DNA of 64,000 nucleotides from Glycera tridactyla. Taxonomy: Eukaryota. Shown piece by piece: positions 40,547 to 63,473 of the stretch. Location: assembly GCA_965644265.1 (NCBI GenBank), contig OZ286461.1:44082001-44146000 (forward strand), in the 5' to 3' direction. Below the pieces are notes generated by a model, which saw nothing but the letters and a program-made list of their open reading frames with translations, was not told the DNA's origin and ran no database searches. How positions within the stretch are numbered: position 1 is the stretch's first letter; each line of letters begins with the position of its first letter. A program made the translations under genes and the position numbers.

Positions 40547-41263
40547 GTAAGTTGACGGTCGGAGCTGCTCGCCCTTCCGATTACAATCACTTGACATCGC
40601 CGCGAAATGTCACATAATATTGCTTGAAAGATACATCCGTCACATAAACCAACTTTGTGCATTCATTAATGCGATTATTTTGTCGCTTCACCTATTAAAA
40701 GTCATATTTATTGGGTGTTGAATGTGTCTGACACATGAAACATGGCTGCCAACTCGTGTCGTGTACCTGACTGTACGCAGTGTCGGCCACCGTGGTTCTG
40801 TTGATAGGGTCTACCTGCAGCCCTGAAATGCGTGTTTCTTTCTGCAAATCGACTGTTCCCAAATGGTTTTGGCTAGGTCACACATCTATATTAGTGACTG
40901 GGGGTCAGGAAAACAGATCCACATTCCTGATGCCAACAGTGTTTTTCATATGTATAAGAAAAATGCATGACCAATTCCCAATGCCCCATCTACCTATGAG
41001 TTTAGGGTTATTTGCGCCTGGCAAAGAGGTAAGGAAATCTTTGACCCTGCAAAATGTTCTTGTTTGATACTCCGGTGGAATATTCCCTCATCAATCATTT
41101 CAAGACAAGTTATCCCATTTCTATAATCACTGTCAGCCTGACCAATGCTATATCTATAGTCCGTATTTCAACATGGTTAGTAATCTAGTCAGGGGTGCAT
41201 ATCTTTATATTTTTGATGTCCTTTCATGACTTAATTTTGCAATTATTTCCTTTATATTTAGAA

Positions 41264-51301
<10,038 letters not shown>

Positions 51302-52744
51302 AGCTGGTCATGTGACAATTGGTCATCATATATGATACATGCTCTTTAGCATGCCATGTGTTGACCTGACAATAAAACAAATGCAAATTGTCTCTCATTG
51401 TCTGTTCATTTTTACCTGGTCTCAATGAAGTTGAGGGGAGATTGGTATTGGGTTTGCCTAGCCTCATCAAATAGAATTTGTATTGTCCGTCCGTCCGTCT
51501 GTCTGTCACAAATCTTTTGAGCACGATTGCAGCAAAATTACTCATCCGAATTCGATGAAATTTGGCAGGCAAACCCCTTGGGAGGGTCCAATGAACTGAT
51601 TAGATTTTGGTCCATGTGACATAATTTTCAAGATCACCAGGGGCCAAAATTTCACCAAAAAGGTACCAACTAACAAAATTTCACCAAAAAGGTACCAACT
51701 TTGATTAAACTCAGTCTGTATTGTGACTTCTCTGGAATGAACGACTTCTGTTGCCTCTCCACTCATGGTTATGTAAGATTCTTCGGTCATCACAAATGCT
51801 CCTTTGTCATGCTCTAATGACTGACGTTGATTTCTTCCTCCCTCTCTACAAACAAAAGCCCAAACTTTAGGTGTCTGAGGAGAAACTATGAATAGACACT
51901 TTCCTTAAATTTTGCATACATCCTCTTTCCTTACTGCCCAATGCAGAAAGCGAACAAAAATCATGCCTCACCTGCATAACTTTTGTGTGATGAGCGTTCA
52001 AAATTTTCCCAAAAATATGTGAAATTACCAAAGATTGATTTTGAAATCTTGATCACTGGAGAATGCATCATGATGGAAATATCATGAAAATCGATTTTTC
52101 TCATAAACAAGTCAGATCCTAAGATTTAGTGCTAAGAAATGTTCAGAATGACACTTTCTTCAGTTTTCACGATACTGATTTCATCGATCTGATGGAAAAA
52201 AAGTAGGGGTTTTGCCAGATCGTTAACTCATAAGTCAAGAACAGATAGATACAGGTCCCCATTTTTTTTTGTGCAGTTGTAGGACAATGATCTAGCCATG
52301 GAATGAAAAAATGTATGTCACCATCCTCAATTTTCCGTAATAATAAAAAAACTATCAGGAAGATGTGAAAAAAACATGTATTTTTCCTGTTTGAATATGC
52401 ACTCATCAAGGCACAAAATCTACTCCCTCGTGAACATCCTTAGTTTTCAAAGGCGAAGAACATTGCAGAACTTCACAGTAACTTTGGTCACTGGCCACCG
52501 CCAATGTGGTTAGTATGAAAATTCAAAATATAGAGAATCTGTATCAGGTGCAGGCGTCTTGCCTGAAAATTAGATTGGACAGGAAAGTCTCAGTAGTGGA
52601 TTGTTTTCAGCTGAATCTGGGTTTGTTTATTCAGAATTACTGCACTATCCTTTTCTAATTGACCTGTAGTGCACCAAGTCGCTGAGGGTGAGGAAACCCA
52701 GGCCCCTGTGCCTTCAGCCCAGCCCCCTTTTTGCGCACCTTGTG

Positions 52745-52894
52745 TGTCTGTGATTTTCATATCATTTCACCTTCCGTTGGGGACCCAGAAGGAGGAGTCT
52801 TGGAAGATCCCACCCATGCCCATTGCATGGGCGTCACAATATAGCCCAGATGGTGCTGACGTGACGTTAAACAGAACCAACCAACCAACCAACC
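52745..52894 (+). mobile_element. SINE 3' portion with (AACC)n tail
   Basis: GGACCCAG..GAAGATCCCACCCATGCCCATTGCATGGG..CTGACGTGACGTTAAAC(AACC)n; four copies in the window. Confidence 0.75.
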
Positions 52895-53295
52895 CCTTTT
52901 TGCATGTTTTTGCCACTAGATGTCTCATATTCATCTCACAGCCACCTTAATTAACTTCCCTGTGTGTGTGTGCACACATGCATTCACGCACACGTGTGTG
53001 CTCCTTGCTGCTACCTGTGAATATCCAATGGCTATCATACTTCATGCCTCCTCCTCCCCCCCCCCCCGTGTTGGTTGGGTCGGTGAGCAGGGTGAGAAGA
53101 GATAGCCGCCCACCTGGCAGCAGCAGGGTAGGTGGATTTTCATGATGTCTTCTCGCCCTGGACGGATGAATTTCAGGGCTAGCTGTCTCAAACTTCGTGT
53201 ACACACTCTCTTAGGCTATGGATTTACGCCTGTCCAATTTTCAGCATCCATCTTGAATTTCAAGGTCACAGTGCAAAATGGTTTCCAGACAATAA

Positions 53296-54112
53296 CTTCG
53301 TCAGTTTCAGCACTAGCCTTCTCAATCTTGGTGTACAGCCTTTCATAGACTATGCCAACACACCCATTGATTTTTCAGTGGCCGTCTTCAATTTCAAGGT
53401 CACTGAATGCAAAAAGGTCAAAAGAGTTTCTGGACAATCACTTCATAAATTACAGGGGTGGCTTTCACAAACTTGGTGTATAGACATTGTCAGGTTATTG
53501 CAAGATGTTGGGGTTGCCATCTCGACTTTCAAGGTCATTGAGTGTGAACATGTATCAGATTTATTCATATATTTCACTTTTCTCATTTACTCTTCCTGTG
53601 ACAAGCAAACACTCAGTGGGGGCATTCACACCCATTGAGTGCATCTACCGGCTAGGGGTGATACACCAGCATTTTGATGATGGTGCCAAAAGGTCAAAGG
53701 TCAAGGTCACAGGAGATATTTTCAGAGTTTAATATTTTTCACTATAATTTGACTAAACATCAACCAGTATGGAGAAATCTCACTTGGTGAATTGTTCTAG
53801 TTTCCTAGGTCATTGTGAGCTGATCAAGGGCTCCCCTTGTTAGCAAGATTCAACTGAACTTCTCTGATGCCTGGGCATATTCTCGAGGACAAATCCTACC
53901 CTAGGATACCCCCCTGTACCCCAGTACACCTCATACCCCAGGACACATTGTCATACTCATGACTAATTAAACTACATTATTGGTCGCTCAAAGGATAGTT
54001 GTCAACCAATAATGTCTAGCTTACCAGTGAGCATGCTCACTAGAAGATGAACAAGAAGCTGTCAGACAGTGTATCCCTCGCCATGGGTGCTTTTTCACAA
54101 AGGGCAATAACT

Positions 54113-54171
<59 letters not shown>

Positions 54172-55248
54172 GAAGAGAGAGTTGGGTCCGAAGTTTGTGT
54201 TTGAATAGAGAAGTCTCCAGACATAATCGACGCAGGTCAATGAATGGCTTCAGAATAGTTGTATAGGTCTCACATATCACAAACACTGTATGAACGAAAG
54301 AAGTAGTCAATTACGGAGAGGCTGACCTATCAATGAGGGCAAAGCTTAAAGAGGTGTGTTCATTCAGGGGGCTGTTTCACAATACAGACATAGTGAATGT
54401 GCCAAAATATGCCAAAAAATGCATGTAAAATCTTCGTCAGTTTCAGCACTAGCCTTCTCAATCTTGGTGTACAGCCTTTCATAGACTATGCCAACACACC
54501 CATTGATTTTTCAGTGGCCGTCTTCAATTTCAAGGTCACTGAATGCAAAAAGGTCAAAAGAGTTTCTGGACAATCACTTCATAAATTACAGGGGTGGCTT
54601 TCACAAACTTGGTGTATAGACATTGTCAGGTTATTGCAAGATGTTGGGGTTGCCATCTCGACTTTCAAGGTCATTGAGTGTGAACATGTATCAGATTTAT
54701 TCATATATTTCACTTTTCTCATTTACTCTTCCTGTGACAAGCAAACACTCAGTGGGGGCATTCACACCCATTGAGTGCATCTACCGGCTAGGGGTGATAC
54801 ACCAGCATTTTGATGATGGTGCCAAAAGGTCAAAGGTCAAGGTCACAGGAGATATTTTCAGAGTTTAATATTTTTCACTATAATTTGACTAAACATCAAC
54901 CAGTATGGAGAAATCTCACTTGGTGAATTGTTCTAGTTTCCTAGGTCATTGTGAGCTGATCAAGGGCTCCCCTTGTTAGCAAGATTCAACTGAACTTCTC
55001 TGATGCCTGGGCATATTCTCGAGGACAAATCCTACCCTAGGATACCCCCCTGTACCCCAGTACACCTCATACCCCAGGACACATTGTCATACTCATGACT
55101 AATCAAACTACATTATTGGTCGCTCAAAGGATAGTTGTCAACCAATAATGTCTAGCTTATCAGTGAGCATGCTCACTAGAAGATGAACAAGAAGCTGTCA
55201 GACAGTGTATCCCTCGCCATGGGTGCTTTTTCACAAAGGGCAATAACT

Positions 55249-55299
<51 letters not shown>

Positions 55300-55558
55300 A
55301 GAGAGAGTTGGGTCCGAAGTTTGTGTTTGAATAGAGAAGTCTCCAGACATAATCGACGCAGGTCAATGAATGGCTTCAGAATAGTTGTATAGGTCTCACA
55401 TATCACAAACACTGTATGAACAAAAGAAGTAGTCAATTACGGAGAAGCTGACCTATCAATGAGGGCAAAGCTTATAGAGGTGTGTTCATTCAGGGGGCTG
55501 TTTCACAATACAGACATAGTGAATGAGCCAAAATATGCCAAAAAATGCATGTAAAATC
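53296..55558. repeat. ~1.13-kb near-identical tandem duplication (2 units)
   Basis: CTTCGTCAGTTTCAGCACTAGCC at 53296 and 54432; units differ mainly in (CA)n length. Confidence 0.92.
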
Positions 55559-57230
55559 AAAAAAAGGGCAATAACTCCTTCAAAAATGATTCAATCACAA
55601 AACCCTGATGATATGCACTGCAGAACCTTAAGATGATCATTCCGTGAAAATTTGGTGAAAATTGCATGTAAAATGAAGGAGGAGTTGCGCAGCCAATAAT
55701 TCACATGTAAAATTCAAAAAAGGGCTATAACATCTCAAAAAATAATCTGATCATGAAACCCTGACAATATGCACTGCATAACCTCATGATGATCATTCTG
55801 TGAAAGTTTGGTGAAAATCGCATGTAAAATGAATGAGGAGTTGCGCAGCCAAGAAAGTCTGACGGACTGACGGACGGCCACTATTTTAATATCCCTACGC
55901 CTTTCAGCGAGGGATAATAAGCAAGCAGGTTGGAAGCCAGGCAGGCATGCAGGTAGTGAAAAATTACAAAGTCGGGGGGGGGGCATATTGAGTGAGGAGG
56001 TACCTCACTAAAATTCTAGTTTTTTGGGGGTGTTCTGCTTGGACCTCAACGATAAAATGTACATGGAGCTCAAGGTCACAGGAGATATTTTCAGAATTCA
56101 ATATTTTTCACTATTATTTGACTAAACATCAACGAGTATGGAGAAATCTCACTTGGTGAATTGTTCTAGTCTCCTAGGTCATTGTGAGCTGATCAAGGGC
56201 TCCCCTTGTTAGCAAGATTCCACCCAAACTGCTGACCCAAATTCAACTGAACTTCTCTGATGCCTGGGCATATTCTCGAGGACAAATCCTACCCTAGGAT
56301 ACCCCCCTGTACCCCAGTACACCTCATACCCCAGGACACATTGTCATACTCATGACTAGGTAAACTACATTATTGGTCGCTCAAAGGATAGTTGTCAACC
56401 AATAATGTCTAGCTTATCAGTGAGCATGCTCACTAGAAGATGAACAAGAAGCTGTCAGACAGCTTCACATGTAAAATTCAAAAAAAGGAATATAACATCT
56501 CAAAAAATGATCTGATCATGAAACCCTGACAATATGCACTGCATAACCTTATGATGATCATTCTGTGAAAGTTTGGTGAAAATCGCATGTAAAATGAATG
56601 AGGAGTTGCGCAGCCAAGAAAGTCTGACGGACTGACGGACGGCCACTATTTTAATATCCCTACGCCTTTCAGCGAGGGATAATAAGCAAGCAGGTTGGAA
56701 GCCAGGCAGGTAGTGAAAAATTACAAAGTCGGGGGGGGGGGGGAGGCATATTGAGTGAGGAGGTACCTCACTAAAATTCTAGTTTTTTATGGGGTGTTCT
56801 GCTTGGACCTCAACGATAAAATGTACATGGAGCCCAATTTCTATACCAACCAGGCAACCAACCGACTAAACCATGCATATCCCGAAATCTGCCCAAACGG
56901 ATGGATTTACACAAAGCAGCCATGGTAAATCATCTGCATATTTTCTGTGAGCTGGCCGAGATGCCACATATTTGATCATGAACGAGTGAGATATTGCAGT
57001 AGATCCTCCATTTTTGGCAACCATGAGAATGCAATTTCAACTACTGCATTTGGCCCAAGTTACTTGAGCCAAAACACAGCAGTTGAAATTATATCCAATG
57101 CTGGCAGTGATCCCTGTTCTCAAATATATGCCCTGGGTTGACAGTATGCGTGCTGTATAGGCCTTCAATTGGCTCCTTGGATCGTACCTGGTGAGTCAAT
57201 ACTGATAATGTTAAAACAGGGGAATATGTA

Positions 57231-57508
57231 CTGGGAAGTGGTGATCCGACGATTACCCGATTATATCGATTATTGCATCATTGAGAGGTCCGAATCGATT
57301 AATCGATCATGTAAATTGACAATCGATTAAGTTATTGTCCCTAAATATACTTATGATTTGGGTGCAAATTTTGAGTGTTTTGAGGTCACCCAGGGGAGTC
57401 TACGCTCCGATTATTTAATCGATAATCGATCGCTGCAGAGTCCGATTAATCGATCGCTGCAGAGTCCGATTAATCGATCATCACTATAACAACCGAGTCG
57501 GAACACTA
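57231..57508. mobile_element. hAT-type MITE, same ATCGAT-rich family as 22773
   Basis: AGTGGTGATCCGAC...GTCGGAACACTA ends; TSD imperfect; internal 21-bp tandem repeat. Confidence 0.6.
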
Positions 57509-57741
57509 CTGGGCAGAAATCTTTTGCCAGATGCTTCAGTGCGTTTTGAGTGCATCGTATTGATCGAATCTGAAGGCTTCAACAACTGTGCAATTGAACC
57601 AATGGTTGCCATTGGAGAGTTATTTGTTAGCTGGTGTGTGGCAAAATCGAGTCAGAAGCTATAAACACCTCCGCAGCACGACGTCGATGATTTCAGTGCT
57701 ATGGACACCCGACCCCCTTCAACATTTGTGAAGACGCTTGG

Positions 57742-57872
57742 NNNNNNNNNNNNNNNNNNNNNNNNNNNNNNNNNNNNNNNNNNNNNNNNNNNNNNNNNNN
57801 NNNNNNNNNNNNNNNNNNNNNNNNNNNNNNNNNNNNNNNNNNNNNNNNNNNNNNNNNNNNNNNNNNNNNNNN
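57742..57872. other. Assembly gap
   Basis: Run of N. Confidence 1.
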
Positions 57873-58059
57873 ATGTGAGGATTTGTGGCGACCTCTCTCT
57901 TATTAACTCTCGTAGCAGTCTTCCCAAATGTTGTACGTCAAACTTACACCTTACCAAGGTAAGTCTCCCATTTTTGAAGCACATTAATGTGAATCTCGGT
58001 GGTGGGATGTTTACCTACAACTTATATTCCTAATGACCACACCGACTCATGTATGATCC

Positions 58060-58161
58060 TGGGACCCAGAAGGAGGAGTCTTGGAAGATCCCACCCATGC
58101 CCATTGCATGGGCGTCACAATATAGCCCAGATGGCGTTAAACCAGAACCTACCAACCAACC
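58060..58161 (+). mobile_element. SINE 3' portion
   Basis: Homologous to 52745-52894. Confidence 0.7.
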
Positions 58162-58576
58162 CAAGACCTCAGATTGAGAACAGGTGAGATGATTAGCTAT
58201 TTGATGTGATTTAAAACATCTTTATTCTCACAGAAAAGCATAGACAATACATGTCGTATGATATGCGATCGTGGTCAAGTCAGTGCAATTAACAATAATA
58301 ATAATACATTCAAATTAACAGATATTCGTGCAGTACAACAGGGATTGAATGTCACAGATAATTACACACAAATAGAGGTTTCTACAATGACGATGGACTT
58401 CTCTAACATTACAGAAAGCATGTATTTTGACCAGTTGAAAGATTGGCGATAATATTAATAGTAATGATGATAAGATAATATTAACAATGATGGCAAGTAC
58501 GATATTGGTAGTAGTGAGGTAGAGAAAGGATATTTTCGGAAATCTTTGATAGTGACGTGACATGTAAAAACAATGA

Positions 58577-58577
<1 letters not shown>

Positions 58578-58610
<33 letters not shown>
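58578..58610. repeat. (TAA)11 microsatellite
   Basis: Direct. Confidence 0.95.
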
Positions 58611-58613
<3 letters not shown>

Positions 58614-58787
58614 TAATGGTTTGCCAGTCGTTTTGCTGTATCCAGCGACGGACTCATGGACGAATGGACATTGGAGCAGCATTCCAAAATTGAGCCCCAT
58701 GGATAAGGGCATTGCCGGACCCAAACTGGGTTCTGGTGAAGGGTACCGCCAGATCATTTCAAGCCATTCAATGTTCACTTTCCATTG

Positions 58788-58897
58788 AGGACCCGGAATG
58801 AAGTGTTCAATGATCCCACCTATGTCCATTGCATGGGCGCGACAATATAGCTCAGATGGTGCTGACGTGACGTTATACCAGAACCATCCAATCAAAT
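58788..58897 (+). mobile_element. SINE 3' portion (diverged)
   Basis: Homologous to 52745-52894. Confidence 0.65.
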
Positions 58898-59716
58898 AAT
58901 CAAACCATAACGAACCAATCGACTGATCGGATTGTATGTATTTTATCGAGGTACGATTTGTATGGGTGTATTACAGGTGCCTGCATGGGTGGAAGCTGGG
59001 GTTTGTTCAGGTGTATCGCTATCCAGTACTCGAAGGGTGTGGTCAGTTGTTTCATGACCCGTGAGCGGCATCTGGGCTATATTGAGACGTCCAATAATTC
59101 CTTTAGTGTGTGAATGAGTGTTGTATGACGCTGGGACTGGGTGAGATCATTCAAGACTCTTTCTCCGGCGTCCTCGAAGGAAGGGGAAAATTCGTGAAAT
59201 CCATGGACACACAAGGTGTCATTTGTGGAATTGGGAGTGTGGGTGGCTTTCGATCTCGCTTGTTCGATCACACTGTATGTCATAGTTGGGTAAAATAAAC
59301 GCAAACATGAGGCGTGTGGTTTCTTTGTGACAGAGCAAGCTTCAAGCAGAGCAATGTTCCTGTTCTCCCACAGTTCCAGAACATTTGCTACTTGACAGTC
59401 TGGTGAGTGGTCGACTATTTCTATGAGAGTTGGTCCAGTGTCAAACAGGTGAAGGATTGTGCAGGTTGATTCTTCATAAGCAAATAAAGACGGAATTATA
59501 CACTTGAACTTGCAATGATAGGGGGGGGGGGGGGGGGGTAGGGTATCACCTCGTTTGCTGCTACAATGAGTTACCTCTACGCGACAATCACAGATGGTAA
59601 ATTACATAAAACTGACAATGCAGATAGATATTCGTCTTTCGTTGTTAGACTATTCGATTTCTTTCCGATCTAGATCCGAGATGAGACATTCTTTGGAAGT
59701 TGGTAATTCATCCTGG

Positions 59717-60899
59717 TCAAGGATTGGATGTAGAATTATTGCATCCTTCTTCGTCATAACCATCAGCACAGTCTGTCAATCCATCACACTGGCCACCAAT
59801 GGCACAATTTCCAGGTGGACACAGTACCTGGTAAGGCTCACAAACTAGAAACAGAATATCAGATCAATTATTCAAATAGTTCATCATTTGAGAATGGATG
59901 AATGTGGAACTAATCTGATCATAGATCATTTTCACTGAGATGGTGCATGGCATTGTACTATTATGTGGCTTGTGATATCAATATTCCATGAGATTGAGAT
60001 TGAGATTAAAAATATTTATTGCTCTAATGGAGGTGTCAAACAGACCATATCTTCTCCACTCGAGAAAACACATTTACAAGTACATGAGAATACAAACAGT
60101 ACATATAACAAGGCGCACAGGTACCAAACATGTTATTTCAAGCATATCACACACATGCACATCAATTCGATCACTCTGAATACGAACACACATGCACTCA
60201 CACACACATCCGCTCACGCACACACACTGACACATACTCCCTGTCACATACAACATGGGTATTTAGCGCTGGAGAACATTTCTAACACAGTTGCTGTAGA
60301 TATAATGATAGGAAGAAGTTATAGGTGACATGATATGCTAATATTGAACAAGACTACCCTAGAACATGAGTGATTGCGAGGAAGGGATGGTGGGAATAGT
60401 GGGCTGGTGGGGGGGGGGGGGGATGGCTGGACTAAGTGTCCAAGCACTTTTGGATAGTCTAATGGCGAAGGAAATTGAACATACTGTATGAGGGTTGCGA
60501 TGGCATGACATTGATTCCGTGACATACCAATATCCCCAGATATGCAGGTCAATTTCGATTGACGTGTATCGAATAGTTTAATGGAGATATGCCCACATCC
60601 CTTTGCTCCCCACAGGAATTATATATGCTTTGATTTGACACAGTAACTATGTTGCCAATAATATGGCTGACAGGAACACAAATGATGACGATGATAATGC
60701 CGATCATGGTAGCATTCATTACCTGTGCAGTTGGCTTGCCAGCAGGCCTGTATGTCAGAATTCGAGCCGGGACATCTCTGGGTCCATGTTTCGATCTCAA
60801 TCTCACAGGTTCGGAGGCGGCTTTGGTAGCCTTTGCCACAGGAAGTTGAGCATTCACCCCACTGCCCCCAATCAGACCATTCTGAGGCTTGTCCAGATG
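59717..60899 (-). CDS. Small LDL-receptor class A (LDLa) domain protein, secreted or type II membrane
   Basis: Exon ending at 60597 (hydrophobic MIGIIIVIICVPVSHIIG then ..SCGEQRD) spliced in phase 0 to 59717-59827 (VLCPPGNCAIGGQCDGLTDCADGYDEEGC..*) gives the six-Cys LDLa pattern with CDG..DC.DG.DE. The donor GTGGGC is non-optimal; the start is uncertain (ATG 60719 or an upstream exon via acceptor 60899). Confidence 0.7.
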
Positions 60900-60999
60900 C
60901 TAAAAGATATTAAACACAGGTGTTGGAGGTGACTTTTGACATTCTGCTATGGAGCTCAGATGTTAGGAAGAAGATCATCAACAGTATTTTAATTGAGCA

Positions 61000-61450
61000 A
61001 TCAATATTGGATCTACAAGCAAATTTAACTATAATATTCTTCATTTCACGAACTATATTTCATATGTGGTAGAGCTTCTAGTAATTGATGTTGAATAGTC
61101 TTTATATGAATTCCATCCATATTGAAGTTTTTAAGGACAAGATAGCTATACTCCTTGAAATCTCCGAAGTTCTCATATGGAAACCTCAAGAATTGTTCAC
61201 TCTTGCAAATCCCTGAAGAGTATTAGATGGTCAAAGATCACCAGAGCCCAGCACAGTTTTGATTCCAAGTCATGAGGCAGCTGATAAAACTGCCCAAACT
61301 GCTCTTGGTTTGCCAATTACTGAGATGGAAAGTCATTTTGCTGTCTTCAAACCAAGAATAAAGCTCTATATTGACCGATTCTGAAGACAAATTCCCCTTG
61401 AGAGTAATGGATAGAAGAGAGGAGATAGTTCTTTCCTGACCGAGGATAGG
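61000..61450 (+). mobile_element. Decayed LINE fragment, RNase H-like
   Basis: HEAADKTAQTALGLP..FKPRIKLYI resembles the NE.AD..AK.AL motif of I/Jockey-type RNase H; contains stops. Confidence 0.4.
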
Positions 61451-61559
61451 ACATGCATTTCTCACCCATTCACACATTAGAAAAATGTATTACTACGTGG
61501 AAGATATGTCACAGCTTTTCATTGAATATTAATCATGTGCTTGCTAGCCCAGCGCATGC

Positions 61560-62270
61560 CGTCCAGGGTCTCTATAGATGGCAGCCACCAATGGGCACAG
61601 GACATTTACTTTGAAATGTTGCCATCAGGGGATGATGTGGCCTTGGTGTAGCATCATCCCTTCTCTTCTTCTCAACATCTTTTAGGGCGGGGGCTGAATG
61701 AAAACGTACCTTCAAAATTCTCTATCATCTGTCTTTAGGCATTTTCTACCCAAATTACACCAGATTTCTTTTTCTTCACTTTCTTTCAGAAATGACACCT
61801 TGAGTGTCTGTGAATTTCATAAATTTTCACCTTCCGTTTGGGACCCAGGAGGAGTCGTGGAAGATCCCACCCATGCCCATTGCATGGGTGTTACAATATA
61901 ACCCAAATGGCGCTGACGTGACGTTAAACCACAACCAACCAACCAACCTAACCCTCTAAGCTCTTTCTTATTTCTTCATTGAAACGGTCTCAGGTGTAGG
62001 TAGCTGATGGTTTGCCAGTAGCAGATATTGTCACTATGCAAAACGCGGGTACCAGGCACACCAGTTCTTGGCTACTAGGGCTGGACTAGGTTTACTAGGT
62101 TGTGTGATGGCATTGTACTGCAAGCATAGGGCACCCATCATTGTAAAGCTGGCTCAAACTAATGCTTTTCCTTCTTTCAAATACTGCACTTTGCGTTAAA
62201 AAAAACCCATAGCTATCATGCTTGAGTGTTAGCTTCCGGCCAGTTACATAGTTAGATATGCCATCATTAG
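61560..62270 (+). mobile_element. Second copy of the 44703 retroelement, with a SINE nested at ~61785-61950
   Basis: Collinear homology to 44717-45325, interrupted by the (AACC)n-tailed SINE. Confidence 0.8.
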
Positions 62271-63473
62271 GTCCACTCTGTTCATATTTAGTCTGGTAGA
62301 AATAGGGTTGAACCGGGAAAAAAATATTATAAAGCTGAAAATTTCAGCATCCATTCAGAATGTCATGCCCAACATCATATTCAGAATCCCCTGGAATCCC
62401 CTCGCGGGAAAAAAAATTATGAGCTTGTACATTTTTCTGAGTTCAGCTTCCTTGACTGAACATGACAATTTCATCATTCTATGGAATAACTCAGTTCAAA
62501 GTACTCATACATCAGTTACTTTGGTTTAATCTGATCATCCAATTGTTGCTATCAATATTTCAGCATAATTCTTCACTGCAAATATCCGTCAGTTGTATAA
62601 AATGGCCTTACTCGGCCAAATTTCGGCAAAATTCCCTTTCATTTCAAATGACGGTCAAACTTTGAAAGCTCCTCAATCACACAATTTTGTAACTAGAGTT
62701 ACCAAACTTGATCAAATGATTCCTCATCATGTCCTGTACCAAGAACGATTCACATATTGATATATAATCACACTGTATGATGCTCATGGGGCTCATGGTT
62801 AGCCAAAGTTACCCCTACCCCCATATTAGGTATTCTGTGGCATCTGATCGAATGACCAATATCTTCAAAAATAAGCATGGCAGGAAGTTCATATCTATGT
62901 ATGTTATCTTTTTGGTGTATTGGATTGGATTGAATCCATCATTATATATGATTTGTTGAGTGATTCACAATAATATAATTCTAAAATATCCAACCAGATA
63001 TTTCTCGATCATGAAGCATCCAATCCAGACAATATCATGTAGAGGGTGACACTTATGTTGTACAAAATACTGACAGTCATGCAATAGTTCAGACAGATGC
63101 AGCACTAATGAAATACATGGAATTGATGATTGAACATCACATAGAATAAATTTCTAGTGATATGAACAGTTCTCGAAATCATTACTTCCTCTAAAGATTA
63201 GAATCATATATCAGAACAATGCTAACATTTTGCAATCGATATGTGTGAATGCCGTTAGTTTCATCATGGATATCAGTATACATGATTCTTCTGGACATTC
63301 TGTACCAACCAATTCTCATCTTAAAAACACTCAAACTGCATTCACATTTGGTACTGTATCTTGAACCATTACATCATCGAGCAAACACATACAGAGAGCA
63401 ATTTTTTTTACACAATTCTCCCAAACCAGTTGAAATTTTGAGCAATCAAGGAATGATCAGTCATCTTGCCACA

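Larger units (their letters stand above)
51411..56790 (+). mobile_element. Cluster of HINE-derived segments, partly tandemly duplicated
   Basis: Begins with TTTTTACCTGGTCTCAATGAAGTTGAGGGG (same terminus family as the 10128-17920 element); body homologous to 49470-50880; 3' hairpin ends at ~55990-56020 and ~56755-56785. Confidence 0.7.

Noticed and set aside
40855-40925. Possible H/ACA hairpin in RPS2 intron 1
   Set aside because: Weak lower stem, ACA spacing off, no H box or first hairpin.
57530-59470. Possible LINE-derived fragments around the second gap
   Set aside because: No diagnostic motif recognisable by eye; needs a repeat-library search.
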